From Theionarchaea archaeon (lineage in GTDB: Archaea > Methanobacteriota_B > Thermococci > Methanofastidiosales > SZ-28-30): a DNA stretch of 43,932 nucleotides. Each line of letters starts with the position of its first letter. The first letter of the stretch is position 1. Position numbers and translations under genes: made by a program. Under the pieces are notes generated by a model, which saw only the letters and a list, made by a program, of their open reading frames with translations, was not told the DNA's origin and did no database searches. The stretch lies in assembly GCA_018992685.1 (NCBI GenBank), contig JACVGT010000027.1, positions 1 to 43,932 of the forward strand, given 5' to 3'. Shown here one piece after another: positions 20,374 through 29,324 of the stretch.

Positions 20374-20558
20374 AAGTGTCGCCCGCGACACTAACGTTGG
20401 AGATCATTGGTTACGCGGTCGAAATGGGTGCATGACGTCCATTCCTCTCCGCGACGGGAATCCTTTTCTCTTCTCCAGATAACTCCCTGTGGCGGGCTGT
20501 ATCCCTTCACTTGCTCGTGCTCTCATTTATCAAGCACGTCCTCGCTAAGAAGGGACTC
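20374..20558 (-). ncRNA. Two-hairpin box H/ACA pseudouridylation guide sRNA
   Basis: Hairpin 1: GUCCCUUC/GAAGGGAU lower stem, internal pocket, CGUGCUU/GAGCACG upper stem capped by a GA-UAAAU-GA K-loop, then ACA (20498-20500) 15 nt from the upper stem. Hairpin 2: GCCCGC/GCGGGC lower stem, UGGAGA/UCUCCA upper stem with AAUGA, then ACA (20377-20379). TATATATA at 20578-20585 upstream. Confidence 0.75.
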
Positions 20559-20674
20559 ACATTCTTGAAATTCAAGGTATATATAGGTTATTGGTCAGGG
20601 TTCTTCTTGGAGGTCTAGAGGGATCTTCCACCTCATAATGAAATGAAGTATCTCGCCTGTATTGCGGCATTTCC

Positions 20675-20884
20675 TTACCATGAGAGTTCCTTAATGGCTT
20701 TTCTAATGTCTTCCTTTCTGATAGTTTTTCTATTCTCTTGGTGAGCGAATTCTATGGCTTTCTTTGAGAGTTCCACACCGTATTCTTCAAGTACTTCGGC
20801 TAACTTGGTAGCTGCCTTTCTCGATACACGATCCGCTCCACCCTTTCTGATTAGTCGTTCTATTGGCGGGCCTGATAATGCCAT
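20675..20884 (-). CDS. Archaeal histone (HMf family), 69 aa
   Basis: MALSGPPIERLIRKGGADRVS..LEEYG..RKTIRKEDI is colinear with HMfB. ATG 20884 follows GAGGTGG; TTTATAA promoter upstream. Confidence 0.93.
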   Translation of the reverse strand: MALSGPPIERLIRKGGADRVSRKAATKLAEVLEEYGVELSKKAIEFAHQENRKTIRKEDIRKAIKELSW

Positions 20885-21015
20885 TACTACCACCTCAACA
20901 TTCCTTTCGTAAGCAAGCTTTATAAATATTTCTTTTCCTGGCAGTAAAGGTGGATTTCCGGCTTCTACCAAGGACGAGTTGAAAACCTTTTTATCCTGGT
21001 GGGTTATTCTGTGTC

Positions 21016-21633
21016 ATGAACCTCTGCGTCGTTGCTGACCTCCACGGGATCACCACGTATGTCTCTCGCCTGAAGAGTATTTCCTGTGATCTCCTGGTAG
21101 TCTGTGGCGACATCACCCATTTCGGACATGCACGTCAGGCACGTACAATTTTGAGTACTATCCCCACACCCTATCTGGCAGTACACGGGAACTGTGATTA
21201 TGATGATGTGGTAGACGTTCTGGAGGAAGAAGGATGTAACCTCCACAGGAAAACAGTGACACAGAATGACGAAACGTTCTGTGGACTGGGGGGAGCCAAT
21301 TGCTTCAAGGGAAAGACGCCAATTGAATTCACAGAACAGGAAATCTATGACTCGCTGTCCTCTATCGAGAAAGACTGCATTCTTGTCACTCACGTTCCCC
21401 CATACAACACTGCTGTGGACAGGGCATTCAGGGTCAACCATGCAGGAAGCACAGCTCTGAGGCAGGTGGTGGAAGAACGATATCCTGCTGTACTCTTGTG
21501 CGGACACATACATGAAGGAAGAGGTCAGGATTTCATCGGCGACACCCTGGTGGTCAATCCAGGAGAGTTTTCCAGAGGGTATTACGCTCTGGTGTCCACT
21601 GAAGATAAAATCTGTACGATTCACCGGGCGTAG
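21016..21633 (+). CDS. Metallophosphoesterase (Icc/calcineurin-like)
   Basis: ADLHG, GDIT, GNCD, THVPP, CGHIHE, NPG motifs. Confidence 0.9.
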   Translation: MNLCVVADLHGITTYVSRLKSISCDLLVVCGDITHFGHARQARTILSTIPTPYLAVHGNCDYDDVVDVLEEEGCNLHRKTVTQNDETFCGLGGANCFKGKTPIEFTEQEIYDSLSSIEKDCILVTHVPPYNTAVDRAFRVNHAGSTALRQVVEERYPAVLLCGHIHEGRGQDFIGDTLVVNPGEFSRGYYALVSTEDKICTIHRA

Positions 21634-21638
21634 CTCTT

Positions 21639-23318
21639 CTATAGCGATTGCATGCTCTTTCTCACCATCATGAGAATCCATAGAATTGCCAAAATCCCCG
21701 TTCCCGCACAGATTCCCGTTCCAGAAGAAGAGCCCTCCACATTCTCTGGGATCCGGGTGGTCTGTCGGTGAGCATCGGTGATCCAGGTCTGATCAAGCCT
21801 CTCATATTTACTGCCCATGGGGCCTGGGTTGAATCCCCGGATCCACTCCTGGACAGCATATCCATCAACCCGTCGCCATTGCAGCACCCACACTGAATCC
21901 TGTAGAACGATGCCTTCAGCTTCCCGGTATAGCTGGCATGCTTTCTCAATAGTGGGCTCCCTGCGAGCCTTTTCCAGAAGGTCATCCACTTCCTGGTTGC
22001 CGTAGAAAGATCCATTCCCTCCAGGGCCCCACGTTGAACTATGAAATAAGAACAGGAACTGATCGGGATACGGCCAGTCTGCATACCACCCAAGGGTAAA
22101 GAGCTGTGTATCTCCTGTGTCCACTGCATTCAACAGCGATCCTACATCCAGATAGGTGATCTCCAGGTCTACTCCCACCTCAGCGAGTTGTTCTTCATAC
22201 AGTGCATTGAACTGCTGCTGGATGTAGCTCTCAGAGGATTTCAGTTCAATTCTGAGAGGGGATTCCCCCGTGTACCCACATTCTTCGAGGAGTGTTCTTG
22301 CTTTTTCAGGGTCATATTGGTAGATGTCCCCTCTGTTCTCATGGCAGGCCAGCCCTTCAGGAAGAATGGTCGTCGCCTGGACTGCTTTTCCCTGATAAAT
22401 GGATTCAATGCCTGCTGTCGGGTCTAATGCGTAATTTATGGCCTGCCTTACTCGAACATCATTGAAAGGGCTTTTCAGGCAATTCATGCCAAGGTAAAGA
22501 ATCTCGAGCCTGGGAACTCTCTTCGTGATTGATGGGCTGAATTCTTCCCACTGATCATAGGGGACCACACACCAGTCGAGGGTCCCTTTCTGGAATTGAG
22601 TGAAGAGCTCTTCTTGCCTGCATGAGGTATAGTGAATCTCAGAGACATAGGGTTCTCCGTTCCAGTAGTCTTCGTTATACCCGAGTATAGCAGGGGATTT
22701 CTGAACCACTTCAAACGGGCCTGTCCCCACTGCATGGGCTGAAAACTCCTCCTTCTCAAATCGCACGTCAATTTCCTCTGGAACTACAAGAAAGCACGGG
22801 AAAGGCAGCATATACAGGAACCCAGGGTTGGGCTGTTTTAGAGTCACCTGGAATGTGTACGATCCTGTTGCTTCCCACGTGTCAATCTTTGCAGTATCAA
22901 AGTAGAAATCTCGCATAGGACACATAGTGTCAGGTGCTACAGCCCTGTTCCAGGAGTATTCCACGTCCTGTGCCTTCACTTTCCTGGATTTCCCCTCAGG
23001 GAATACATCATTGCCGTCCTGCCAGTAGATGTTCTTTCTCAAATGGAAAGTATATATCAGTCCGTTCTCCGAGACATCCCATGATTCTGCCAGCAAGGGT
23101 TCGATTTCCGCTGTCCCACTCTTGTAGGAGACTAACCCTTCAAAAACCTGATTCACCACAGCCAATGACAGGTCAAAGTCATCATAAAAGACATTAATGC
23201 GATGAGGGTCGAGGGTCTGCATCTCCACCGTAGACCCAAGGTTAAGAGTTCCTCCATACTGGCCACCACTCTCAGCAAGGAGCAGCATGGAGCATAGAGC
23301 AACAAAAAGGATACGCAT
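21639..23318 (-). CDS. ABC transporter peptide/nickel substrate-binding protein (family 5, DppA/OppA-like) with C-terminal anchor
   Basis: TLDP, VFEGLV, PLLAESW..YTFHLRK, VGTGPF, PFNDVRVRQAINYA; signal peptide; C-terminal GICAGT + TM + RK. Confidence 0.9.
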   Translation of the reverse strand: MRILFVALCSMLLLAESGGQYGGTLNLGSTVEMQTLDPHRINVFYDDFDLSLAVVNQVFEGLVSYKSGTAEIEPLLAESWDVSENGLIYTFHLRKNIYWQDGNDVFPEGKSRKVKAQDVEYSWNRAVAPDTMCPMRDFYFDTAKIDTWEATGSYTFQVTLKQPNPGFLYMLPFPCFLVVPEEIDVRFEKEEFSAHAVGTGPFEVVQKSPAILGYNEDYWNGEPYVSEIHYTSCRQEELFTQFQKGTLDWCVVPYDQWEEFSPSITKRVPRLEILYLGMNCLKSPFNDVRVRQAINYALDPTAGIESIYQGKAVQATTILPEGLACHENRGDIYQYDPEKARTLLEECGYTGESPLRIELKSSESYIQQQFNALYEEQLAEVGVDLEITYLDVGSLLNAVDTGDTQLFTLGWYADWPYPDQFLFLFHSSTWGPGGNGSFYGNQEVDDLLEKARREPTIEKACQLYREAEGIVLQDSVWVLQWRRVDGYAVQEWIRGFNPGPMGSKYERLDQTWITDAHRQTTRIPENVEGSSSGTGICAGTGILAILWILMMVRKSMQSL

Positions 23319-23666
23319 GCATGCTGTAAGCAGTATGCCTTTAAAAGATTATAGGGGGATTGTCTGTATTCCTAGGGGCCTGGAGAACACAATGAAGGAT
23401 TTCAGTATATGGTAGCTATTGGGTTGGTCATTTTGGCTGCACCATAATGATTCTCCTTTTTGCACCCGATCTTTTCCTTGAAATCGTAGGATGTAACACC
23501 AGAGTATATCCTTCTCTTTCTCTGTTGGGTCGTGGTTGCAGGATTGACCAACGTCGATGAGTTCGTGAAATGGGTACCTGTGTCCTTGATACATTCTTCT
23601 CTCTGAAACTACTGTGATATCCCTTCTTCCCGATAGAACGTAGACTATTATACTCGTCAAAGAGAA

Positions 23667-25076
23667 TCACGATTTCAGAGTCAGAGTGTACAGAAATGAT
23701 AAAAAGAATATTAGGATCACTTCCAGGTCTACAATACCAGTTTCAATCCCGATGATGGAGTAGGCAAGGACGATACTGTATAATGACACTCCAAGCGGAG
23801 TCTTTCTCTCGTACAACCGAGACAGCAAATAACCCAAAAAGATCATTCCCACTCCTATTCCCACCAGGCCAAAATCAACAGCCAGCGGTCCCAGAATCGT
23901 GGAGGTGGCTGACACATTCATCCCCACCATCTCGGCAATATACCATCGAGGGCTGTATGCATACTTGGGCATCAGCCGTGCAAGCGATGGTACTGCAGCC
24001 ACATATACCTGTCCCTTGGTGTACCCCAGAACTCCTCCCAGGTTGGCCATCATGTCATAGATATCCAGGGTTACGCTGATCCTTGTTCTCACAGCATCTA
24101 TGACCCCTGTACCGGTGTTCAGGATGACATCTCGCAGGCTCGTTAATGCCAACCCCACACCTCCCGTTCCTGACAGCACCAATCCAGCTTCCACTCCTGA
24201 AATCACCTTTGTTGCCAGAGCAGCAACACAGGAGGCCAGCATAACCAGTACAACTTGTGTTCTGTATCCCAGAAGTGCCATCAACACCACTGAAACAGCC
24301 ACCATGACAACAGAAGCCGTCCTGTTCCTGGTGATGACAACACCCATCACACACCCAATGGGTAGGAGATGAGAGAGCATGGTGAATGTGGCATCCAGAG
24401 AGCGCCTCGCTTCGGGTTGTACCAGTGGGAACCCACCAAAGAGCAGCACATCCAGCACCCAGAACAGCAACCCCACGCCAAGAAACGTGAACGCAATTAC
24501 CTTCAGGTTCCTATCCACTGGAAAACTCCTCACCAAGGTAGCCAGAAAAACTAATGAGAACAGTGTAAAAGGCAGAGCTGCTCCCCAGAACCCCTTGTAC
24601 AGCACCAAGAGACTTCCCAAAAACACTGTGACAAACACTTCTTTCGTATATTTCCGAGTCAGAAAGAGTAACACCATGGGTAGTAACCCCAGTTTCAAGA
24701 ACAGACTCCAGTCAAATAGCATTCCCACGACACACACACCAAAAAGCACCAACAACACATAGAAGTACTTCTCAGGGACCCTTGGACGGTTCACCCCTTT
24801 CAACGTAACCCCTACACAGAACCCCGAGAGTGCCACCACAATCCCCAGAGTCCCCATGGTCGAGAGACTATGGTCTGACAGCCCCAGAATCACAATGAAT
24901 ACCATGACGAAGCTATAAGGACCCAAGAATTTCTCAGGAAACGTGCCCCATTCGATCCTGGGGATTTCTTTGAAGTGCAGAATCTCAAAAAACCTCTCCA
25001 CAAATCTCTTATAGGCACTCCTTTCATATTCATCTTCCAGGAACGATTGTACTCTTGATGCTGCTTCTTCCAGCAT
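23667..25076 (-). CDS. Polytopic membrane protein, oligosaccharide repeat-unit polymerase (Wzy-like) family
   Basis: 12+ TM helices; LLGYRT motif and T.TILGP...DFG..G motif typical of Wzy-like proteins. Confidence 0.6.
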   Translation of the reverse strand: MLEEAASRVQSFLEDEYERSAYKRFVERFFEILHFKEIPRIEWGTFPEKFLGPYSFVMVFIVILGLSDHSLSTMGTLGIVVALSGFCVGVTLKGVNRPRVPEKYFYVLLVLFGVCVVGMLFDWSLFLKLGLLPMVLLFLTRKYTKEVFVTVFLGSLLVLYKGFWGAALPFTLFSLVFLATLVRSFPVDRNLKVIAFTFLGVGLLFWVLDVLLFGGFPLVQPEARRSLDATFTMLSHLLPIGCVMGVVITRNRTASVVMVAVSVVLMALLGYRTQVVLVMLASCVAALATKVISGVEAGLVLSGTGGVGLALTSLRDVILNTGTGVIDAVRTRISVTLDIYDMMANLGGVLGYTKGQVYVAAVPSLARLMPKYAYSPRWYIAEMVGMNVSATSTILGPLAVDFGLVGIGVGMIFLGYLLSRLYERKTPLGVSLYSIVLAYSIIGIETGIVDLEVILIFFLSFLYTLTLKS

Positions 25077-25077
25077 A

Positions 25078-25878
25078 CTACACCCTCACATGCACGCTTC
25101 CTGAATACACATTCTCACTCTGGTATGACTCCAGCACAGGAACATCCTCTACTTCAATCTCCTGTGCAGTTTGATACACGACCGTGACATCCCCGGTGTA
25201 CACAGATCCAACATGAAAATACCTCTCCAGAATACTGAAGACCGTGTCAAAGTCCTTCATTGATAACCGTTCAACTGCAACAGTTATCCCGTCACCATGA
25301 AACTCGATATCTGCCTTCTTCATGTAGAAAATTGCCTTTCTCAGTGCATCCTCTATTTCAGCTTCCAGAGTGATATCGGGAGGTGCATCTGCTTCCACGG
25401 TCAGTACACAGGAGAGGGAGATATCCTCTCGCGGATACTGAATGAATGATGAAGAATCCTCTATATACTTTTTGACCTCAGATATTGAACCTTTGATAGG
25501 TTTTAGTTCATAAAATACAGAAGACTTGCTCTTGAGTTGTAAAGTTATCTCTACTGCCTGAATATCCTCCTTATAGCTTTGTTTGCCTCCTACGCTGATT
25601 ATCCTGCCATCGTGGAGAACCATCTCAAAATACCCTCTTCCCGTGCCCGTGACAAACCCTTCCTGCTCAAAATGGCCAATATCTGCATTCCAGTACCCCT
25701 TTACAAAGACGGTGTACAGGAATCCCGTTGCATCCTGCATCTCACACTCCTGAACCATCTTGTAGATCTGGGATCCTGAATATTCGAACTCGTATTTCGG
25801 TTGATATTTTGTGGAAAAGGAGAAAAGTGACAACCCCAAAACAACAATCACAGCAATATCAACAACCGAAACCCTCAC
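25078..25878 (-). CDS. Hypothetical protein with N-terminal membrane anchor
   Basis: 266-aa ORF; N-terminal VVDIAVIVVLGLSLF helix; GTGA overlap with the upstream gene and 1-nt gap to the downstream gene. Confidence 0.75.
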   Translation of the reverse strand: MRVSVVDIAVIVVLGLSLFSFSTKYQPKYEFEYSGSQIYKMVQECEMQDATGFLYTVFVKGYWNADIGHFEQEGFVTGTGRGYFEMVLHDGRIISVGGKQSYKEDIQAVEITLQLKSKSSVFYELKPIKGSISEVKKYIEDSSSFIQYPREDISLSCVLTVEADAPPDITLEAEIEDALRKAIFYMKKADIEFHGDGITVAVERLSMKDFDTVFSILERYFHVGSVYTGDVTVVYQTAQEIEVEDVPVLESYQSENVYSGSVHVRV

Positions 25879-26453
25879 GACATCACCAGATATCTGATGT
25901 AGGATGCCAGCATGACAGTGTTCTCATAGGTTGAGGTCTCCAGGATGATGATGTTTTTCATGACAATGATTCGATTTTCTGTTCCCCCCACATTGGGAGT
26001 CTTGAAGTAAATTACTGGCTTGGACTCTGTACCCACGATGCCAGAGTAAATGAGGACTCTCCGGAACCAGGTTATTTCTCTGGCTATGACGTCCTCGGGC
26101 TTCATGTTGAGTCTTCCCTTTCCAATGGCAGCACCCAGTGCTTCTCCCACGCTGGCTGATGCCTTGAGCAGAGACGGGTTATCAGTTTCCTGTTCCGAGG
26201 CTTTGAACAGGATGTATACCCGTTCTACAGTGGGACTGACAATAGTGTACTGGATCATCTTGTTGGGGTCTCCTCCGACATAACTCGCCATGGTAACGTC
26301 CAGAGTTGCGTCCTCCACAACCAGAGGAAAAGTATACGTTTCTGGTTCCCCTTCTGTATCAAAGGCATGAGCTGAAGCGTAGGTGCAGTAGGCACCAAAA
26401 GCAATGAGAATAATAACCAGTCCAACACCAATTTTTATCCTGTTGGAAATCAT
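25875..26453 (-). CDS. Hypothetical exported/membrane-anchored protein
   Basis: Start set at ATG 26453 (MISNRIKIGVGLVIILIAFG), ~24 nt below a TTTATAA box (leaderless spacing). Confidence 0.75.
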   Translation of the reverse strand: MISNRIKIGVGLVIILIAFGAYCTYASAHAFDTEGEPETYTFPLVVEDATLDVTMASYVGGDPNKMIQYTIVSPTVERVYILFKASEQETDNPSLLKASASVGEALGAAIGKGRLNMKPEDVIAREITWFRRVLIYSGIVGTESKPVIYFKTPNVGGTENRIIVMKNIIILETSTYENTVMLASYIRYLVMS

Positions 26454-26557
26454 ACTTGGAATGCAGGGTGTGATCTTATAAATGTTTCTCACAGGCAAAA
26501 TACACCAATTACTCACAACTCACGTGCTTCATGCTTCCTCTGACAAGACCGTGGAGA

Positions 26558-27853
26558 CTACAAGGGCATTTTGATTCTCTGGTTGTTCTTCAGGATAAAC
26601 AGGTTATCGCCGACCCCGTAGCCTTCCTCCTCTCCCAGGACGCCCCAGGAGGAGAGCCTGTCAAACTCACCATGAGAGGGGATGATGAATTCTGGGTTTA
26701 CTGCCCTCAGCAGTTCGCGGTGGTCTTCTTTGGAAGCATGACCTGAGACGTGCATGTCTTTTACTATTCTCACGTTTTTCATCATCAGCTTCGTCTCCAG
26801 TGCATACCGGTTGGCTTCATTGACAGGATTGGGAATGGTGGATGCTGAAAAGACGACGCAGTCACCCGCAGAGAATGTGTATGGTGTTTTCCCGTCAGCA
26901 ATTCTGGATAAGACAGCGTCGGGTTCCCCCTGATGACCGGTGACAATCAATGAATAGGAAGAGTGATCTTCCCGTGCCTCTTTGAGAAACTTGTTGAGGG
27001 CACCACGCCGGGAGATTCTCAGCACATCTTCTGATACGATGTTCTCTTCCATGGCAGCACTCCAATATCTGCACAGTGACCTTCCCAGGAGTACCGGCTG
27101 TCTCCCAATCTTCCGTGAGGCTTCAACCAAAGTTCGCACGCGTGAAACGTGGGAGGAGAATGTCGTTGAAATGAGACAGTCGAATTCGAAATTCTCATCA
27201 TGAAAAAAATCCTGCAGCATCATGACCGCAATTCTTTCGGAGGGTGTCTTCTTCTGTTCCCTCACCCGCACTGATTCAATAATCAGGACTTTGGGGTTTA
27301 CTCCTCTCAATTTCCGGAAATCAGTCTTGTCACCAATGGGGGGATGGGGATCCAGTTTGTAGTCATTTGCATAGAGGACATCACCCTCCCGGGTGTACAA
27401 GGCTACAATTGAAGAATGAGGAATCGAATGGGTAACATTTATAAATTCAAACTTGAAATCCCCCAGATATCCTTCTTTTTCTACAGTAATCACATTTTCC
27501 TCGGATTCTCCGTCATCCTTCATGAGCTGCCTCACAATGTTCGCTGTGAATGGTCTGCCCACAATGGGACACTGGTATTTTATTGCCATCTTGGATACTG
27601 CTCCAATGTGGTCCAGATGCCCGTGAGAGAAGATGATGCCCACCACTTTTTTCCCGGCCAGCAGGCGATCATCAGGGACAGCTCCGATTTTCCGCAGCTC
27701 CTGTTCCTGTAGAGCGTGAACGTCAGTGTCTTCGTGAATCATCATCCTGTCAATACGAAGCCCCATGTCTATGATGACTACTTCATCACCGACTTCGACA
27801 GCGGTCATGTTCTTGCCCACTTCTTCATAACCGCCTAGAGCATAGATATTCAT
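26558..27853 (-). CDS. rnj: Ribonuclease J (archaeal beta-CASP)
   Basis: ALGGYEEVGKNM, IIDMG, SHGHLDHIG, THSIP, DYKLD, TTFSSH, TGHQGEP, HVSGHA, IPSHG. Start at MNIYALGG; the longer upstream ORF overlaps the divergent gene. Confidence 0.93.
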   Translation of the reverse strand: MNIYALGGYEEVGKNMTAVEVGDEVVIIDMGLRIDRMMIHEDTDVHALQEQELRKIGAVPDDRLLAGKKVVGIIFSHGHLDHIGAVSKMAIKYQCPIVGRPFTANIVRQLMKDDGESEENVITVEKEGYLGDFKFEFINVTHSIPHSSIVALYTREGDVLYANDYKLDPHPPIGDKTDFRKLRGVNPKVLIIESVRVREQKKTPSERIAVMMLQDFFHDENFEFDCLISTTFSSHVSRVRTLVEASRKIGRQPVLLGRSLCRYWSAAMEENIVSEDVLRISRRGALNKFLKEAREDHSSYSLIVTGHQGEPDAVLSRIADGKTPYTFSAGDCVVFSASTIPNPVNEANRYALETKLMMKNVRIVKDMHVSGHASKEDHRELLRAVNPEFIIPSHGEFDRLSSWGVLGEEEGYGVGDNLFILKNNQRIKMPL

Positions 27854-28054
27854 TATTGTTACTACCTGGACGTCCTTAAAAACGTTTTTCCCTCGGTTCA
27901 ACTGCTGTGTACTGTGACCTATCGAGGAATGATGGAGAGAACTTGTGTCAGGAGTGAGAAAAGGTGGTTCACGGGAAGGAAGACCGAGACAGGTTTTTAT
28001 ACAGGGGATATAATGTGCTGGAAGACAGATAGCAGTTGAACGTGAAGTGATACA

Positions 28055-28786
28055 ATGAAAGTATTGGCTCTTAACAGCAGTCCCAACCTGGACAAAGGAG
28101 GCACTGCGCTGCTGCTGAGTCCCTTTCTTGAAGGAATGAGGGAAGGCGGGGCAGAGACTGAGGTGCATTATTTGTATAAGATGGTTATTAAGCCCTGCAT
28201 GGGGTGTTTCAGGTGCTGGTTTGAAACGCCCGGGCGCTGTTTTCAGAATGATGACGTGAAGGCGTTGCTTGAGAAGATAGCTGCATCAGACATTGTCGTT
28301 CTGGCATCTCCCGTGTATGTGGATGGAATGAACGGAGTCATGAAGATGCTGATTGACCGGATGATCCCCCTGATAGATCCATTCTTTGTCGTCCGTGACG
28401 ACCATTGCAGACATCTTCCAAGGGAACACGTTGTCCAAGGAAAAATAGTCCTCGTTTCCGTTTGTGGGTTCACTGAAGTGGACAATTTTGATCCGCTGAT
28501 TTCCCATGTCAAGGCTATATGCAAGAACATGGGTCAGCAGTTTGCAGGAGCTCTGGTGCGCCCCTATGGTTCTTCTCTGCCCCATTTCAAGAAATACGAT
28601 ATTCCAGTTGACCATATCTTTGAAGCAGCCCGTCAAGCAGGAAATCAGCTGGTAAGAGAAGGGAGAATGTCAGAAGAGCTCCTGGATCGGGTAGGGAGTG
28701 ACCTTGTATCTAGGGAGCAGTACATATCCGTGGTGAACAGCAGCTTCCAGAGACTGCTGGATCGGGCGAACAAGCTGACAGAATGA
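28055..28786 (+). CDS. Flavodoxin-like iron-sulfur flavoprotein / NADPH-dependent FMN reductase family
   Basis: NSSP..GGT, CMGCFRC-x6-C compact Cys motif, ASPVY, KMLIDR. Confidence 0.88.
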   Translation: MKVLALNSSPNLDKGGTALLLSPFLEGMREGGAETEVHYLYKMVIKPCMGCFRCWFETPGRCFQNDDVKALLEKIAASDIVVLASPVYVDGMNGVMKMLIDRMIPLIDPFFVVRDDHCRHLPREHVVQGKIVLVSVCGFTEVDNFDPLISHVKAICKNMGQQFAGALVRPYGSSLPHFKKYDIPVDHIFEAARQAGNQLVREGRMSEELLDRVGSDLVSREQYISVVNSSFQRLLDRANKLTE

Positions 28787-28844
28787 GAAAGAATGGTACG
28801 ATTGAGAGCAGAGTAGTTCCACAGTAAAAAGAAGAAAGAAGTTT

Positions 28845-28880
28845 GTCGTGATTCGGAATGGAGGATTTCCGAATCACGAC
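28845..28880. repeat. Perfect 14-bp inverted repeat (8-nt loop), followed on the minus strand by a T-rich tract; terminator-like
   Basis: GTCGTGATTCGGAA-TGGAGGAT-TTCCGAATCACGAC; minus strand continues AAACTTCTTTCTTCTTTTT. Confidence 0.75.
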
Positions 28881-29324
28881 GTCTGTTGTCTTTCACCACC
28901 CTTCGTCGAGGTCGGCTGGATTCGCTTCAAATTTCCTTCTTTACAGCTTTGAGCTGTGCTTCTGCATAGCAGAGGAGTACCCCTATATAAATATTTCGGT
29001 TGGCATCATGTTCTTCCAATAATATTGTAAATCTAACATCCATTATTGCGATAATCACCATAAGAAAATACAATGATTTCAGTAGGGAAAAGAAGAGGAA
29101 CATGAGAAAAAAGAACCTTATCCCATTATTTGTGATATCTGTGCTCACGCTTTCCTTTTTGATGTAGTACAGCAACCTGATCTTCTGAAAAGCAAACCAA
29201 TGATGTGCTGACCCTGATTGCCAGGTACTCAGGAATGGTCCTCCATGAACATGTAGGCGGACATGTAGGGACTGAGAATGCTTTCCTTACATACCTTTAT
29301 TAGACTGAGAAGAAGAGATAGTGT

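Noticed and set aside
20374-20558. Structured region considered as tRNA, SRP RNA or RNase P RNA
   Set aside because: No cloverleaf or T-loop, no SRP helix-8 motif and no GAGGAAAGUCC; H/ACA features fit better.
20885-20971. Apparent N-terminal tail on the histone
   Set aside because: The extension runs through the RBS and TATA box; the real start is ATG 20884, so this is not a tailed histone.
23349-23670. Two overlapping minus-strand ORFs (80 and 103 aa) after the Wzy-like gene
   Set aside because: No recognisable motif and mutually overlapping. The 80-aa ORF has a GTGA coupling, so it is not excluded, but support is too weak to call.
27854-28168. 105-aa N-terminal extension of RNase J
   Set aside because: Overlaps the divergent flavoprotein gene and promoters; homology starts at MNIYALGG.
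28927-29175. 82-aa hydrophobic minus-strand ORF
   Set aside because: AT-rich low-complexity sequence with a weak start, running through a TATA box; likely spurious.
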